Shown: piece after piece, positions 1-10,129 of the stretch
Layout: each line of letters starts with the position of its first letter
Position numbering within the stretch: position 1 is the stretch's first letter
Origin: Blastocatellia bacterium
Lineage (GTDB): Bacteria; Acidobacteriota; Blastocatellia; Chloracidobacteriales; JADJPF01
Length of the DNA stretch: 64,000 bases
Reading direction: 5' to 3'
NCBI GenBank assembly: GCA_025057015.1
Contig: JANWYG010000010.1
Coordinates: forward strand, 478,506 to 542,505
Position numbers and translations under genes: made by a program
Notes under the pieces: model-generated
What the model saw: only the letters and a program-made list of their open reading frames with translations
The model's database searches: none
What the model was told of the DNA's origin: nothing

Positions 1-2
1 CT

Positions 3-278
3 GTCAGAAAGGCTGTTAAGTTTCTGCAGGCTCCGGAGAGAGTGGTGGCTTTTATGTTGGAGGATGTCGAGGGTAAAGATAGTTGGAAGCGTGCTGTTGT
101 CATATACAATGCTGCTGCTGGACTGGCGAAGGTAAATGTTCCCGATGGCAAGTGGAAACTATATGTAGACAATCTAAGGGCAGGAACTGAGGAGATTACA
201 GCTTCACAGGTCAAGCTTGAAAGTGGAATAGTACGGATACCTGCTTTTTCTGCTATCGTGTTGGCAGAATCACGATGA
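3..278 (+). CDS. C-terminal fragment of a glycoside hydrolase (pullulanase-like tail); 5' end lies outside the window
   Basis: The frame is open from the window edge and stops at 276-278. The tail ...VVIYNA..GKWKLYVD..AGTEEI..VRIPAFSAIVLAE resembles the C-terminal beta-domain of debranching enzymes. This is recollection only. Confidence 0.4.
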   Translation, partial: VRKAVKFLQAPERVVAFMLEDVEGKDSWKRAVVIYNAAAGLAKVNVPDGKWKLYVDNLRAGTEEITASQVKLESGIVRIPAFSAIVLAESR

Positions 279-282
279 CTCT

Positions 283-1269
283 TTACAGTAACTCAAAGGA
301 GCCTATTTTGCGGAACTTTTCATAACGGCGTAGCAGTCTCTCTTGAACGCTTAGAGAATCTAGGAATTTGAGAGCTTTGTCTATATATTCGGCTACAGTT
401 TCTGCTGTTTGCTTGTGATCTAAGTGTGCTCCACCTTTAGGTTCAGGTATTATGTCGTCTACTATGCCTAGCTCTTTGAGCTCGCTAGCGGTAAGTTTCA
501 TGCTTTGTGCTGCTAGTTCGGCTTTGGCTGCGTCTTTCCATAGGATAGCAGCACATCCTTCTGGAGAGATGACCGAGTAGATTGCGTTTTCTAGTATGTA
601 GATTACATCTCCTACGCCTATAGCTAAGGCTCCGCCTGAGCCACCTTCGCCGGTGACTATTACGACTATAGGGACACTGATGCGCGCCATTTCTATCAGA
701 TTGCGCGCTATAGCTTCTGCTTGACCGCGCTCTTCGGCATCAATACCTGGGTAAGCTCCGGGAGTGTCTATGAAGGTTATGATAGCGCGGTTGAATTTCT
801 CAGCTAGCTTCATTACTCGCAGCGCTTTTCGGTATCCTTCAGGCTTAGGCATTCCGAAGTTGCGCATCTTGCGGTCTTCTGTTTTTCTACTGTTTAGATT
901 GGCTTTTTGATGCCCTACTATTATCACAGGTCTTTTTCTAAACTTTGCCATTCCACAGACTATAGCAGGGTCGTTGCCGTAGCGTCTATCTCCGGCTAGT
1001 TCTTGGAAGTCTTCACAGAGTAGTTTTATGTAGTCTAGGGTGTAGGGTCTATCTGGATGGCGAGCGTTCCGCACGCGATCCATGGGGGTTACTTGTGACT
1101 TTATCTGCTCTTGTAGCTGCTCGACGCGTCTACGTAATTCTTGTAGCCGCTTATCTAGCTCCGATATAGGGATGTTGTGTTTGGTGGACAGTTCAAGTAG
1201 CTGCTGTTCTAGCTTTTGTAGCTCCGCTTCTAATTGATTGCGATCCACTTCAGGTTTAATTTCTATCAT
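283..1269 (-). CDS. accA: Acetyl-CoA carboxylase carboxyltransferase alpha subunit
   Basis: 328 aa. Motifs [33 protein letters not shown] and [10 protein letters not shown] are typical of AccA. Confidence 0.95.
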   Translation of the reverse strand: MIEIKPEVDRNQLEAELQKLEQQLLELSTKHNIPISELDKRLQELRRRVEQLQEQIKSQVTPMDRVRNARHPDRPYTLDYIKLLCEDFQELAGDRRYGNDPAIVCGMAKFRKRPVIIVGHQKANLNSRKTEDRKMRNFGMPKPEGYRKALRVMKLAEKFNRAIITFIDTPGAYPGIDAEERGQAEAIARNLIEMARISVPIVVIVTGEGGSGGALAIGVGDVIYILENAIYSVISPEGCAAILWKDAAKAELAAQSMKLTASELKELGIVDDIIPEPKGGAHLDHKQTAETVAEYIDKALKFLDSLSVQERLLRRYEKFRKIGSFELL

Positions 1270-2215
1270 TTTGGTTTGTAGGCTCCAGGCTTTGTCCTAT
1301 AGTCAGTCGCACGCCATTTAGGAAGTCTTTTACTGCAAGACGCTTTCGGCCTTCGAGCTGGAGTTCTTGTATCTGTAGCAAGGTATTGGCGGCGCAAGCT
1401 ACAAATATAGCATTCTTGTCGATGTTGACAACAGTGCCGGCGGTAGCTTTACAGGTTTCGGCGACGGCTGAGGCTTTCCAGATGAAGAGTCGGTTGGCTC
1501 CAAGGAAGCAGAAAGTTCCGGGCCAGGGCTGAAAACCTCTTACTCGAGCGCAGACTTGACTTGCAGTCAACTGTTGCCAGACAATTTTGCCGTCCTCACG
1601 TTTCAAGATCGGTGCGAACGTAGCTTTTGAGTGATCTTGTGGGACGGGTTTTAGCAAGTGCAAGTTATGTAGTGCTTTGCTTATTAGCTCTGCGCCAAGC
1701 AAGCTTAATCTGGCGGCTAGCTCTGGGGCGGTTTCTTCTTCTACTATTTCTACGGGCTGTTGTAGCAATATATCTCCTGCGTCTAATTCTTTTACCATTT
1801 TCATCACGCTAACTCCGGTGATTTTTTCGCCGCAAGCTATTGCCCAGTTGATAGGTGCGGCGCCGCGATATGCTGGTAGCAGCGAGAAGTGCGAGTTTAT
1901 AAACCCAAACTGCGGTATTTCTAGTATCCACTCTGGTATGATCCGTCCATAAGCTACTACTATGGCGATTTCCGGAGACAACGTGCTTAAGAGTTCTCTA
2001 AATTCTGGAGTGCGAATCTTTTCAGGCTGGTATAGCGGTAATCCTTGGGATAAAGCATATGTCTTTACTGCAGATGGCTGCAAGTGATACCCTCGACCAG
2101 ATGGTCTATCGGGCTGGGTGAATACTGCTGCTATTTCGTGTCCGTCTTTAAGCAGCCGATCAAGCGTTGGTACGGCTATTTCCGGCGTTCCAAAGAAAAC
2201 TAGCCGCATTACCAT
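1256..2215 (-). CDS. fmt: Methionyl-tRNA formyltransferase
   Basis: 319 aa. [37 protein letters not shown] and the C-terminal Fmt domain are present. It overlaps def and accA, as in an operon. Confidence 0.95.
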   Translation of the reverse strand: MVMRLVFFGTPEIAVPTLDRLLKDGHEIAAVFTQPDRPSGRGYHLQPSAVKTYALSQGLPLYQPEKIRTPEFRELLSTLSPEIAIVVAYGRIIPEWILEIPQFGFINSHFSLLPAYRGAAPINWAIACGEKITGVSVMKMVKELDAGDILLQQPVEIVEEETAPELAARLSLLGAELISKALHNLHLLKPVPQDHSKATFAPILKREDGKIVWQQLTASQVCARVRGFQPWPGTFCFLGANRLFIWKASAVAETCKATAGTVVNIDKNAIFVACAANTLLQIQELQLEGRKRLAVKDFLNGVRLTIGQSLEPTNQNDRN

Positions 2216-2718
2216 CTACCAGTCTTGATGAGTTTTTTAATCCTTGCCTTGATGAGCTCTTTTTTAAGGGGGCTCAGGTGGTTGATAAACAACTCACCGT
2301 CGAGGTGATCGGTCTCGTGAGCTATGCAGCGGGCTGCAAGGTCCATAGCGTCGATAGTAAATTGCTTGCCTTCTACGTCAAAAGCTCGGGCAATGACACG
2401 CTTAGGACGCCTTACTTCGATGTAGATACCCGGAAAACTCAAGCACCCTTCGTCACCTATCTGTTCGCCTTCAGTGGAAAGAATCTCTGGATTGATGAAC
2501 GCTATCTTTTGCTTCGGATCTTTGCCGCTTGAGCAATCCATCACAAACAGTCGTTTGGAAATACCAACTTGTGGAGCGGCAAGGCCTACTCCTGGTGCTG
2601 CGTACATGGTTTCGAACATATCTGCGACTAGCTGTTTCAGCTCCTCGTTAAATTCTGTTACGGGTTCAGCTTTTTTGGTAAGTATCGGGTCACCGTACTT
2701 AACTATTCTTAGTTTCAT
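2209..2718 (-). CDS. def: Peptide deformylase
   Basis: 169 aa. All three PDF motifs are present: GVGLAAPQVG, EGCLSFPG and HETDHLDG. Confidence 0.95.
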   Translation of the reverse strand: MKLRIVKYGDPILTKKAEPVTEFNEELKQLVADMFETMYAAPGVGLAAPQVGISKRLFVMDCSSGKDPKQKIAFINPEILSTEGEQIGDEGCLSFPGIYIEVRRPKRVIARAFDVEGKQFTIDAMDLAARCIAHETDHLDGELFINHLSPLKKELIKARIKKLIKTGRW

Positions 2719-2728
2719 TATCTTGCCT

Positions 2729-3901
2729 TTAGAAGTTTTTCAGCATTTCTAGATAGCTGTTATAGTTAGCTTTCATTTCTTCTAGGGAGTCGCCACCAAA
2801 CTTCGTTTTGAAGGCGGCGGCGAGCGTCAAAGCTACGGCAGCTTCGGCTATTACGCCGGCTGCTGGCACGGCTGTTATATCAGAACGCTCGAAGGCAGCT
2901 ATAGACACGTCTTTTGTGTCTATGTCTACGCTCTGCAGCGGCCGACGCAACGTCGAGATTGGCTTAAGATAGCCTCGGATTCTCAATTCTTGTCCGTTTG
3001 TAATACCACCTTCTAAGCCGCCAGCTCGGTTTGTTCTTCGAGTAAAACTTTTGTCTTTAGCATTATATCCTATTTCATCGTGGATCTGCGAGCCGGGTAA
3101 GTAAGCTGCTACTATGCCTCTACCTATTTCCACAGCTTTTACGGCTTGTATGGACATGACAGCCTGAGCCAATAGTCCGTCCAGGCGTAGATCCCATTGC
3201 GTATGCGAGCCTAAGCCTGCGGGTAAGCCTCTTGCTACTACTTCGAAAATCCCTCCCAGGGTGTCTCCTGCTGTACGAGCGGCGTCTATACGTTCGATCA
3301 TCTTTTGAGTAACTTGAGGATCTACGCAGCGCAGTAGCTCATCGTCTTGTATGGCGACAATGCTATCCCAGTCAGCTTCTATGGGGGCTTCTGGCACACC
3401 GCCTAGCATGACTACGTGCGATGCTATCTCGATTTTGAACTCTGCAAGTAGTAGCCGAGCTAAGGCGCCGGCGGCTACGCGAGCGGCTGTTTCGCGAGCT
3501 GATGCTCGCTCTAGTATGTCACGTAGGTCGCGGGTTTGATATTTGAGTCCTCCTGCCAGGTCTGCATGACCAGGGCGAGGCCGTTTGAGCCTTCTGACTT
3601 GTTTGTCGTCACTAAACGAAGTCGGCTTTGCCGACATTACATCTTGCCAGTTCTTATGGTCGAGGTTTTCTATGAGCAAGGTAACAGGAGAACCGAGGCA
3701 TCGCCCATGCCGAATGCCAGATAGAATCTGCACTTGATCAGCCTCTATTTTCTGACGATGCCCTCTGCCATAGCCTTTTTGGCGGCGGTATAGCTGTTTG
3801 TTGATGTAGTTGGTGTCGACTGCTAAGCCGGCAGGCAGGCCTTCTATTATGGCTACTAGAGCAGGCCCATGTGATTCACCTGCAGTGAAGTATCTCAACA
3901 T
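2729..3901 (-). CDS. aroC: Chorismate synthase
   Basis: 390 aa. [27 protein letters not shown] and [12 protein letters not shown] are AroC signatures. Confidence 0.95.
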   Translation of the reverse strand: MLRYFTAGESHGPALVAIIEGLPAGLAVDTNYINKQLYRRQKGYGRGHRQKIEADQVQILSGIRHGRCLGSPVTLLIENLDHKNWQDVMSAKPTSFSDDKQVRRLKRPRPGHADLAGGLKYQTRDLRDILERASARETAARVAAGALARLLLAEFKIEIASHVVMLGGVPEAPIEADWDSIVAIQDDELLRCVDPQVTQKMIERIDAARTAGDTLGGIFEVVARGLPAGLGSHTQWDLRLDGLLAQAVMSIQAVKAVEIGRGIVAAYLPGSQIHDEIGYNAKDKSFTRRTNRAGGLEGGITNGQELRIRGYLKPISTLRRPLQSVDIDTKDVSIAAFERSDITAVPAAGVIAEAAVALTLAAAFKTKFGGDSLEEMKANYNSYLEMLKNF

Positions 3902-3902
3902 C

Positions 3903-4376
3903 TCAGTAAATTAGCTGCATTACGAGGGCATCTTCTGTAGGTTGTGTGTAGTAATCCCTGCGCCGACCTATTACGCGAAAGCCTAACTTTCTGTACAGGC
4001 ATTGAGCTGGTTCGTTCGAAGCCCTTACTTCTAGGAGGCAGCGCCGGCTACCGTAACTGTAGCTTTGGCGGATGACGGTCTTGAGCAGCTCGGACGCTAT
4101 GCGGATTCTCCTAAAGTCTGGGTGCACTGCTATGTTGTTTATGTGCAACTCATCGAAAGTCACGCGTGAAGCTACGAAGCCAAGCACACGGCTTCTTTCC
4201 GTCAGACCACGCGCTACACGCATGATTGACATAGGGTTATAAAACAGCTCTATCTTGTACGCTTCGTATCCCCAACGACTGAGACCTGTCATTTCTTCCA
4301 GCTCGACTACGGCGGGTAGGTCAGCTTCTAGCATTTGCGTAATTTCATAGCCCACGTCAAACAATGTGGCGGACAT
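3903..4376 (-). CDS. rimI: GNAT acetyltransferase, ribosomal-protein-alanine N-acetyltransferase type
   Basis: 157 aa. It has a GNAT core ([27 protein letters not shown]) and the canonical position next to tsaB. Confidence 0.8.
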   Translation of the reverse strand: MSATLFDVGYEITQMLEADLPAVVELEEMTGLSRWGYEAYKIELFYNPMSIMRVARGLTERSRVLGFVASRVTFDELHINNIAVHPDFRRIRIASELLKTVIRQSYSYGSRRCLLEVRASNEPAQCLYRKLGFRVIGRRRDYYTQPTEDALVMQLIY

Positions 4377-4378
4377 AA

Positions 4379-5164
4379 CTAAAACTTCCTGCCTATTAAT
4401 CCGAGGGCGAGTTTGACCTCGGCCTCGGAGGGTTTTACGTACAAAGGTACTACCGCTTCGGCTGTAGTAGTGCTACCGCTAAAGTAAGCTTCATAAGCAT
4501 AATCTGCGAGGGCGGTTATCGCAAGGCCTTCCCTTTTAACTATCCATTCTTTACTGGCTGAAGTCAAGTAAGGGTCGTATCTGACGGTGGCTGCGTGTTT
4601 TGCTGCTATAGCTTCTATTTCTGCTGTATAGTCATCACCTATGAAAACTAGCTTATTGCCAAAGTCCCGGCATTTGATAGCTGCGTTCTCGATGGCTTGT
4701 GCTGCTGTGGTAGAGGTGGCAGCGCTTAGGGCGGCTACGCTTTTTACAGTGTCTACGGCAAATAGCTGGGTATAAACTTCGTTGCGTGAAGCTTCTAAGA
4801 GCACGCAGGTACAGCTTGACTGACCGGCAAGGCGGGCCATAGCTTCTAGGGAGCTCATCGTCACCATCGGTTTATCGGTGGCGGCAGCGAGACCTTTTGC
4901 CGTCGCAAGTCCTACGCGCAGACCAGTGAAGCTACCAGGGCCAACTATGACAGCAAAACAGTCGACTTCGGTTACCCTGCGGCCTACTTTACTGAACAGT
5001 AGCTCGATTTCTTGATGTAGGCCTGCTGAGCGTTTCTCTGCTTCGACGGCAAAAATGCCTATGGGGCGCTTGTCGGCAAATATGCCTATTTCTGTGCGAT
5101 GCCTTGAGGTATCTAGGGCAAAGATAAGTACCTTGCCGTTGTCTTTAGTTGCTTGATTTGACAT
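4379..5164 (-). CDS. tsaB: tRNA t6A biosynthesis protein TsaB (inactive Kae1/Gcp paralogue)
   Basis: 261 aa. ALDTS...GPGSFTGLRVGLATAKGLA matches the TsaB/YeaZ pattern, and the gene lies upstream of rimI. Confidence 0.8.
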   Translation of the reverse strand: MSNQATKDNGKVLIFALDTSRHRTEIGIFADKRPIGIFAVEAEKRSAGLHQEIELLFSKVGRRVTEVDCFAVIVGPGSFTGLRVGLATAKGLAAATDKPMVTMSSLEAMARLAGQSSCTCVLLEASRNEVYTQLFAVDTVKSVAALSAATSTTAAQAIENAAIKCRDFGNKLVFIGDDYTAEIEAIAAKHAATVRYDPYLTSASKEWIVKREGLAITALADYAYEAYFSGSTTTAEAVVPLYVKPSEAEVKLALGLIGRKF

Positions 5165-5226
5165 AAGCAGTAATTGGACGATATATTAGCTTGAGTTTTC
5201 TGCTTTTGCCAACTAGAGTACGGAGC

Positions 5227-6267
5227 ATGAGCATACGAACTATAGGCATACTTACTGGTGGAGGGGATTGTCCTGGACTTAATGCTGCAATACGAGCTGT
5301 GGTTCGTAAGGCAGCTGCTTATGGTATCTCTGTGCTGGGGGTACATAACGGCTGGCTTGGCCTCATACAAGATGAAATCGCTTTGTTGAACCGCTACTCT
5401 ATTTCTGGCATATTGCCGCGAGGAGGTACGATAATAGGTACCTCTCGTATCAACCCGTTCGACAGCAAGGAGTATCTTCAGCGAATACGGGACAATTGGC
5501 ATAAGTATGGGATGCAGGCGCTGATAGTTGTCGGAGGTGATGGTACGCTTAGTGCTGCTACTAGGATGTGGCGTGATGAAGGTTATCCGGTTGTGGGCAT
5601 TCCTAAGACTATAGATAATGACTTGCGGGGTACTGACTATACGTTTGGATTCGACACGGCTGTGGATGTTGCCACAAGTGCTATCGACAGACTGCATACT
5701 ACGGCAGAGTCGCACCATCGCGTAATGGTGGTTGAAGTGATGGGAAGGCATACTGGCTGGATAGCGGCTGCCAGCGCGATAGCAGGTGGTGCTGACATAG
5801 CGCTTGTGCCTGAAGTACCGTTCCGCATTAGCAAAGTCTGCGAGATACTTAAGCGGCGCCGTGAGATGGGTAAGACGTTTTCTATAGTCGTTGTTGCTGA
5901 AGACGCTCGTCCGCATCCAAGCGAGGATTTTCTTACTCCTGAACAACGTAATCAGATTTACAAACACGAACGGCTTGGCGGTATAGGGCAACTGGTCGCA
6001 AACAAAATAGAGCTGCTTACACAGATCCAAGCTCGGGTAACTGTTCTGGGCTACGTACAACGCGGTGGCACTCCGACACCTTTTGACCGTATTCTGGCTA
6101 GTAGGTTTGGTATACACGCTGTCGAGCTTGTCGTAGAAGGCAAGTTTGGGCAGATGGTCGCTATACAGGGTAGCAAGATCACACATGTGCCGCTTGAGTA
6201 TGCGGTAAGCGGCCCTAAGTTACTGAGCGAAGAATTTTACCGTAGTGCAGAGTGCTTCTTTGGATAG
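5227..6267 (+). CDS. pfkA: 6-phosphofructokinase
   Basis: IGILTGGGDCPGLNAAIR, VVGGDGTLS, GIPKTIDNDL, MGRHTGW and LGYVQRGG are present. I chose the ATG at 5227 because MSIRTIGILT is a typical N-terminus. The track's TTG at 5191 is an alternative. Confidence 0.9.
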   Translation: MSIRTIGILTGGGDCPGLNAAIRAVVRKAAAYGISVLGVHNGWLGLIQDEIALLNRYSISGILPRGGTIIGTSRINPFDSKEYLQRIRDNWHKYGMQALIVVGGDGTLSAATRMWRDEGYPVVGIPKTIDNDLRGTDYTFGFDTAVDVATSAIDRLHTTAESHHRVMVVEVMGRHTGWIAAASAIAGGADIALVPEVPFRISKVCEILKRRREMGKTFSIVVVAEDARPHPSEDFLTPEQRNQIYKHERLGGIGQLVANKIELLTQIQARVTVLGYVQRGGTPTPFDRILASRFGIHAVELVVEGKFGQMVAIQGSKITHVPLEYAVSGPKLLSEEFYRSAECFFG

Positions 6268-6269
6268 TA

Positions 6270-7334
6270 ATGAAACTCTATGAGATAGCTGAACGTCTGG
6301 GCTGCAAGCTCGAAGGTGACCCAGAGATAGAAATTAGTGCTGTTGCTACGATAGAAGAGGCTAGCAATGGTGAGCTTACCTTTCTGTCTAATCCAAAGTA
6401 TAGTAAGAAGTTCGCCGCTACCAGAGCTTCTGCTGCTATAGTTGATGAAAATTTTAGCTCCCCGATAAAAATTGCTCTGCTAAGACATCGCAATCCGTAT
6501 CTGGCATTTGCACGTGCTATTGAGCTTTTCTATAATCCTGCTCCTATTGAGCCTGGCATACACCCTACAGCAGTAGTCGATCCTACGGCTAGGATAGGAA
6601 CTAACTGTAGCATCGGTGCTCATGTGGTCATCGGTAGAGATGTGCAGATAGGCGACCATAGCGTCATATATCCGAATTGCACCATCTATCCCGGTGCGCG
6701 TATAGGCAGCCACGTTACTATTCATTCAAACTGTACTGTGCGCGAGTATGTCGTCATTGGCGATAGGTGCATACTACAAAACAACGTCGTAATAGGCGGT
6801 GACGGCTTTGGCTATGCCAAGCAAGATGACGGTAGCTGGTACAAGATAGTGCAGTCTGGTACGGTCGTTTTGGAAGAAGACGTGGAAGTAGGTTCAGGTT
6901 CTACCATAGACCGTGCTACGGTAGGAGAGACTCGCATAAAGCGGGGTGCGAAGATAGATAACCTGGTTATGATAGGCCATGCTTGTGTCGTAGGTGAAAA
7001 CTCGCTGCTTTGTGGGCAAGTTGGCCTTGCTGGTAGCAGTAAGATAGGTAAGAATGTAACGCTTGCCGGACAGGTCGGTGTAGCAGGTCATCTTACCGTG
7101 GGCGATAATGTCGTGGCTACAGCGCAGACCGGTATACCCAACTCGATAGAAGCTGGTCGGACTGTGTCAGGCTACCCGGCTATGGATAATCGCTTGTGGC
7201 TTAAGGCTTCGACTATCTTTCAAAAACTTCCTGAGATGTATAAGGAGCTGGGTGAGCTTAGACGCAGATTCGCTGAGCTGGAAAAGTTCTTTAACAATCT
7301 GCAGACGGGCGAGAATGCACGGGAAGTACGGTGA
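6270..7334 (+). CDS. lpxD: UDP-3-O-acylglucosamine N-acyltransferase
   Basis: The N-terminus MKLYEIAERLG is LpxD-like and is followed by long left-handed beta-helix hexapeptide repeats. ATG 6270 lies 3 nt after the pfk stop. Confidence 0.9.
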   Translation: MKLYEIAERLGCKLEGDPEIEISAVATIEEASNGELTFLSNPKYSKKFAATRASAAIVDENFSSPIKIALLRHRNPYLAFARAIELFYNPAPIEPGIHPTAVVDPTARIGTNCSIGAHVVIGRDVQIGDHSVIYPNCTIYPGARIGSHVTIHSNCTVREYVVIGDRCILQNNVVIGGDGFGYAKQDDGSWYKIVQSGTVVLEEDVEVGSGSTIDRATVGETRIKRGAKIDNLVMIGHACVVGENSLLCGQVGLAGSSKIGKNVTLAGQVGVAGHLTVGDNVVATAQTGIPNSIEAGRTVSGYPAMDNRLWLKASTIFQKLPEMYKELGELRRRFAELEKFFNNLQTGENAREVR

Positions 7335-7454
7335 GAAGCCGTCGCTGCCCTCGCAACTGTAAGCAGCTACGAAATCCACTGATAGCCACTGTCTCACGGA
7401 TGGGAAGGCGTGGAAAGTAGGCTAGAAGCTGTGAGCCAGGAGACCGATTCTCGC
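7309..7454 (+). promoter_or_regulatory. Cobalamin (B12) riboswitch aptamer
   Basis: The conserved blocks occur in the correct order. They are GGGAAgtacGGTGaGAAgCCgtcGCTGcCCtCGCAACTGTAAgc (7321-7363), GCCACTG (7385-7391), GGGAAGGC (7402-7409) and the B12 box gAGCCAGGAGACCga (7433-7447). The P1 helix pairs GCGAGAAT 7309-7316 with ATTCTCGC 7447-7454. CCTTT (7456-7460) can pair with AAAGG (7488-7492) just before ATG 7495. Confidence 0.85.
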
Positions 7455-7494
7455 TCCTTTGCGTTACCTATTCTTGCGAAGGGAAAGAAAGGTT

Positions 7495-9852
7495 ATGAGA
7501 CTTCTACTACTACTTCTTCTTTTTTTCTGCCAATACGCTAATTCTCAAGACCTATCCATAACGGTAACTGACAAGTCAGGTAAAACCCTATCAGGTGCAA
7601 CCGTGGTGCTTAGTAGTCGTGATGGCATACAGCGGGCCTTGCAAACTGATGACAAAGGGGTATGTAAATTCGACGGGTTGACTGCTGGTACTTACATTGT
7701 CAAGGCTGAAGCGAAAGGTTTCCGAGCGCTTGTTAAGCCAGTGCGACTGGAGGCTGCGCTGCAGGAAACTCTGGAACTACGCCCCGAAGGTGTCTATGAA
7801 GAAGTCATAGTTACCGCTAATAATACTCCCCAAACGACCGACGAACTGTCAAAGTCAGCTAGTTCGGTTACTCTGCAAGAGATCGATGAGCGTATTGAGT
7901 ACTCTGTAGCTGAAACTTTGCGATTGTTACCTGGCTTTAGAGTGAGGATCTTTGGCGGTCCAGGCGGCTTTACCTCGATTAGACTGCGCGGGCTATTTAC
8001 GGAAAACACTTCGATCCTCATCGATGGCATGCGATTGCGCGATGCCTCGGATTTTCGCGGTTCAGCTAACTCGCTGTCAGACGTCCTGTTTGTCAATAAT
8101 GTCGGCCGTATAGAGGTGCTTCGTGGGTCTGGTAGCTCGCTCTATGGCACGAATGCCGTCGGCGGAGTTGTAAACATAGTTCCATATGTTGGCATTGGTG
8201 ACCTAAACGGTGAGGTTTCTTTTGAAGGCGGTGGGCTAGGTTTCTTTCGTGAGGCTCTGCGGCTATCGGGCGGCATCGAAAGGCTCAGCTACAGCCTGGC
8301 AGCAGCTCGTACTGATACTCTAGACGGTATAGATGGTCAAGACCGTTTCAAAGATACCTCTGTATCTGCTAATATGCGTTATTTCCCGTCAAATTCGGTG
8401 CAGCTTTCTGCTGTTTTTAACTACAATAGGTCGTCCTTCCAGTTAAACGATAGCCCTTTTCCCATAGGTCCTGCTGGCAATGAATTTGGCTATGCCAAAG
8501 GCACAGGTAGTATAGTGGGCTTCGTACCTGATCTAAATGATCCGGATGCTTTCCGCAGAACCCAGCTGTTTCAAGGTAGCCTCATGCTGCGTCATCGGCT
8601 GAGCTCTGCCGTAAGCTACTTCATGGGATTTGGGGCTGTAGATGCTAATCGTAGGTTTATCGACGGGCCAGAAGCAGCACCTCAGCTCGTCGATCTGATT
8701 ACGCGAGCTCAGGGCTTCTATCCGCGGTCTACTAGCGATAGTCGCTTCGAAGGTAGGACGCTGACCTTTACAAGCGGCGCGAACTTTCAGCTCGATGAGC
8801 ATAATTTCTTTACTATAGGCTTTGAGGCTGAAAAGGAACGCCTAACTCAGCTAACGAGCTTTTTTGGTCGGGAATCTTTCTCGCAAAATACCTACGGACT
8901 GTACTTACAAAACCAATCTTCTTACTTGGCAGATAGGTTGAGACTAGCTTTTTCAGGACGTATACAGGGTTTTGACCTGAATCTACCGCAATCACTTCCG
9001 GGGATTCCATCGGCAGATCTAGAAAAGCTGCGTAACATAAAAGTGCCAAGGGCCTATATAGGAGATGTAGCGCTTTCTTACTCTTTTGGTACCACTCGGC
9101 TACGAATGCACGTAGGAAACTCTTTCCGAGCACCGTCACTCTCGGAGCGTTTCAGCGCCTTCGACTCCAAGTTTAATCCTGTCAGGATAGGTAATCCTTT
9201 TCTGCGACCTGAGCGTGTACTGTCTGCTGAGGCAGGTATTGACCAAAGTGCCTTGCAGAATAGGCTGAGACTTGGTCTGACCTATTTCTACAATCGTCGG
9301 CAAGAGATCATTACTGGAGGCTTTGTGCTGTTTTCCCCGAGCGCAGGAGCTGCTTTTTTCCAGACAAACACTCCGGGTGGTCTTGCAAGAGGGATTGAGG
9401 CTACGATGCTTGCCAATGTTACTCGTTCGCTCGATGTATCAGCTTCTTACTTGTATTCCAACTCCGAACAGGTTTTTCGCGGAATCAAAGCTGATGGTAC
9501 GAGGGTAAGTGGCAGCACTAGGGCGTTCAGCAATCCCAGACATATATTTAATCTCGTCGTAAATCAGCGATGGCGCAGGTTGAACGTAAACTTTGACCTT
9601 AATGCCATAAGCGATTACGACAATCCGGTTTTTACTCCGGGAGAGCTTTTCATAGGTTTTGCCTCGCCTATATTTACCTTTGATGGGTATGTCAAAGCCG
9701 ACCTTGCAGCCTCTTATAATTTGCCTTTAAGCGAACGTCAGAGCCTAGAGCTTTTTGTCAAAGTTACAAATCTCTTTGACGATGATTATGTTGAAGATGG
9801 TTTTCGTGCTCCAGGAGCTTTCGCAACTGCGGGTCTGAAATTCAGGTTCTGA
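7495..9852 (+). CDS. TonB-dependent outer-membrane receptor with N-terminal carboxypeptidase-regulatory-like domain; probable corrinoid importer
   Basis: It has a signal peptide (MRLLLLLLLFFCQYANSQ) and a CarboxypepD_reg-like segment (ITVTDKSGKTLSGATVVL...GTYIVKAEAKGF). A plug follows (IEVLRGSGSSLYGTNAVGGVVNIV), then a barrel ending in ...AGLKFRF. The upstream cobalamin riboswitch is the basis for the substrate inference. Confidence 0.85.
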   Translation: MRLLLLLLLFFCQYANSQDLSITVTDKSGKTLSGATVVLSSRDGIQRALQTDDKGVCKFDGLTAGTYIVKAEAKGFRALVKPVRLEAALQETLELRPEGVYEEVIVTANNTPQTTDELSKSASSVTLQEIDERIEYSVAETLRLLPGFRVRIFGGPGGFTSIRLRGLFTENTSILIDGMRLRDASDFRGSANSLSDVLFVNNVGRIEVLRGSGSSLYGTNAVGGVVNIVPYVGIGDLNGEVSFEGGGLGFFREALRLSGGIERLSYSLAAARTDTLDGIDGQDRFKDTSVSANMRYFPSNSVQLSAVFNYNRSSFQLNDSPFPIGPAGNEFGYAKGTGSIVGFVPDLNDPDAFRRTQLFQGSLMLRHRLSSAVSYFMGFGAVDANRRFIDGPEAAPQLVDLITRAQGFYPRSTSDSRFEGRTLTFTSGANFQLDEHNFFTIGFEAEKERLTQLTSFFGRESFSQNTYGLYLQNQSSYLADRLRLAFSGRIQGFDLNLPQSLPGIPSADLEKLRNIKVPRAYIGDVALSYSFGTTRLRMHVGNSFRAPSLSERFSAFDSKFNPVRIGNPFLRPERVLSAEAGIDQSALQNRLRLGLTYFYNRRQEIITGGFVLFSPSAGAAFFQTNTPGGLARGIEATMLANVTRSLDVSASYLYSNSEQVFRGIKADGTRVSGSTRAFSNPRHIFNLVVNQRWRRLNVNFDLNAISDYDNPVFTPGELFIGFASPIFTFDGYVKADLAASYNLPLSERQSLELFVKVTNLFDDDYVEDGFRAPGAFATAGLKFRF

Positions 9853-9862
9853 TCTGTTCCAT

Positions 9863-9892
9863 CCAGCAGTCACGTGATACACCGACTGCTGG
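9863..9892 (+). terminator. Stem-loop downstream of the receptor gene (no clear U-tract)
   Basis: CCAGCAGTC (9863-9871) and GACTGCTGG (9884-9892) form a 9-bp stem with a 12-nt loop, 11 nt after the stop codon. Confidence 0.3.
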
Positions 9893-9983
9893 AAAGGCCT
9901 TTCAGAGCTTAGTAGCCTACTTTTGGTCTTGTGAAGAGATTTCCTGGAAAAACAAAATGCGGCTTAGGGATTATTTTGTAAGC

Positions 9984-10012
9984 TTGACCTGATACTTTCC
10001 AAGTGGTAGTAT
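9984..10012 (+). promoter_or_regulatory. Candidate sigma70-type promoter for carD
   Basis: TTGACC (9984-9989), a 17-nt spacer, then TAGTAT (10007-10012), about 120 nt upstream of the GTG start. This is pattern match only. Confidence 0.3.
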
Positions 10013-10129
10013 ATGATGAGTCCCCCTGCTTTCGGAGCGGCGATTTTTTCTGCAAGTGTCAGTAGCGTGAGTCTAGAATTGCTAATCCCTTTAAAACTAT
10101 CCGGGCTTGCCTTAACAGGGAGGTGTTAG

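Noticed and set aside
1627-2752. Plus-strand ORFs of 61-121 aa (1627-1812, 1677-1952, 2167-2532, 2474-2752).
   Set aside because: They lie entirely inside fmt and def on the opposite strand. Their translations are low-complexity, and the sense genes carry unmistakable motifs.
5113-6186. A 357-aa ORF on the minus strand, by far the longest antisense ORF in the window.
   Set aside because: It lies exactly antisense to, and in codon register with, the unmistakable pfk gene. It stays open simply because pfk lacks in-frame TTA, CTA and TCA codons. The translation is S/Y/R/T-rich with no recognisable motif and no RBS. I treat it as a codon-usage artefact.
9853-9880. CTGTTCC...CACGTG after the first TonB receptor gene resembles the start of the 54.6-kb palindromic repeat.
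   Set aside because: The similarity is limited to 7 nt plus 6 nt with different spacing, and the TAGGGACAG arm is absent. It is likely coincidental. The local hairpin uses different arms.
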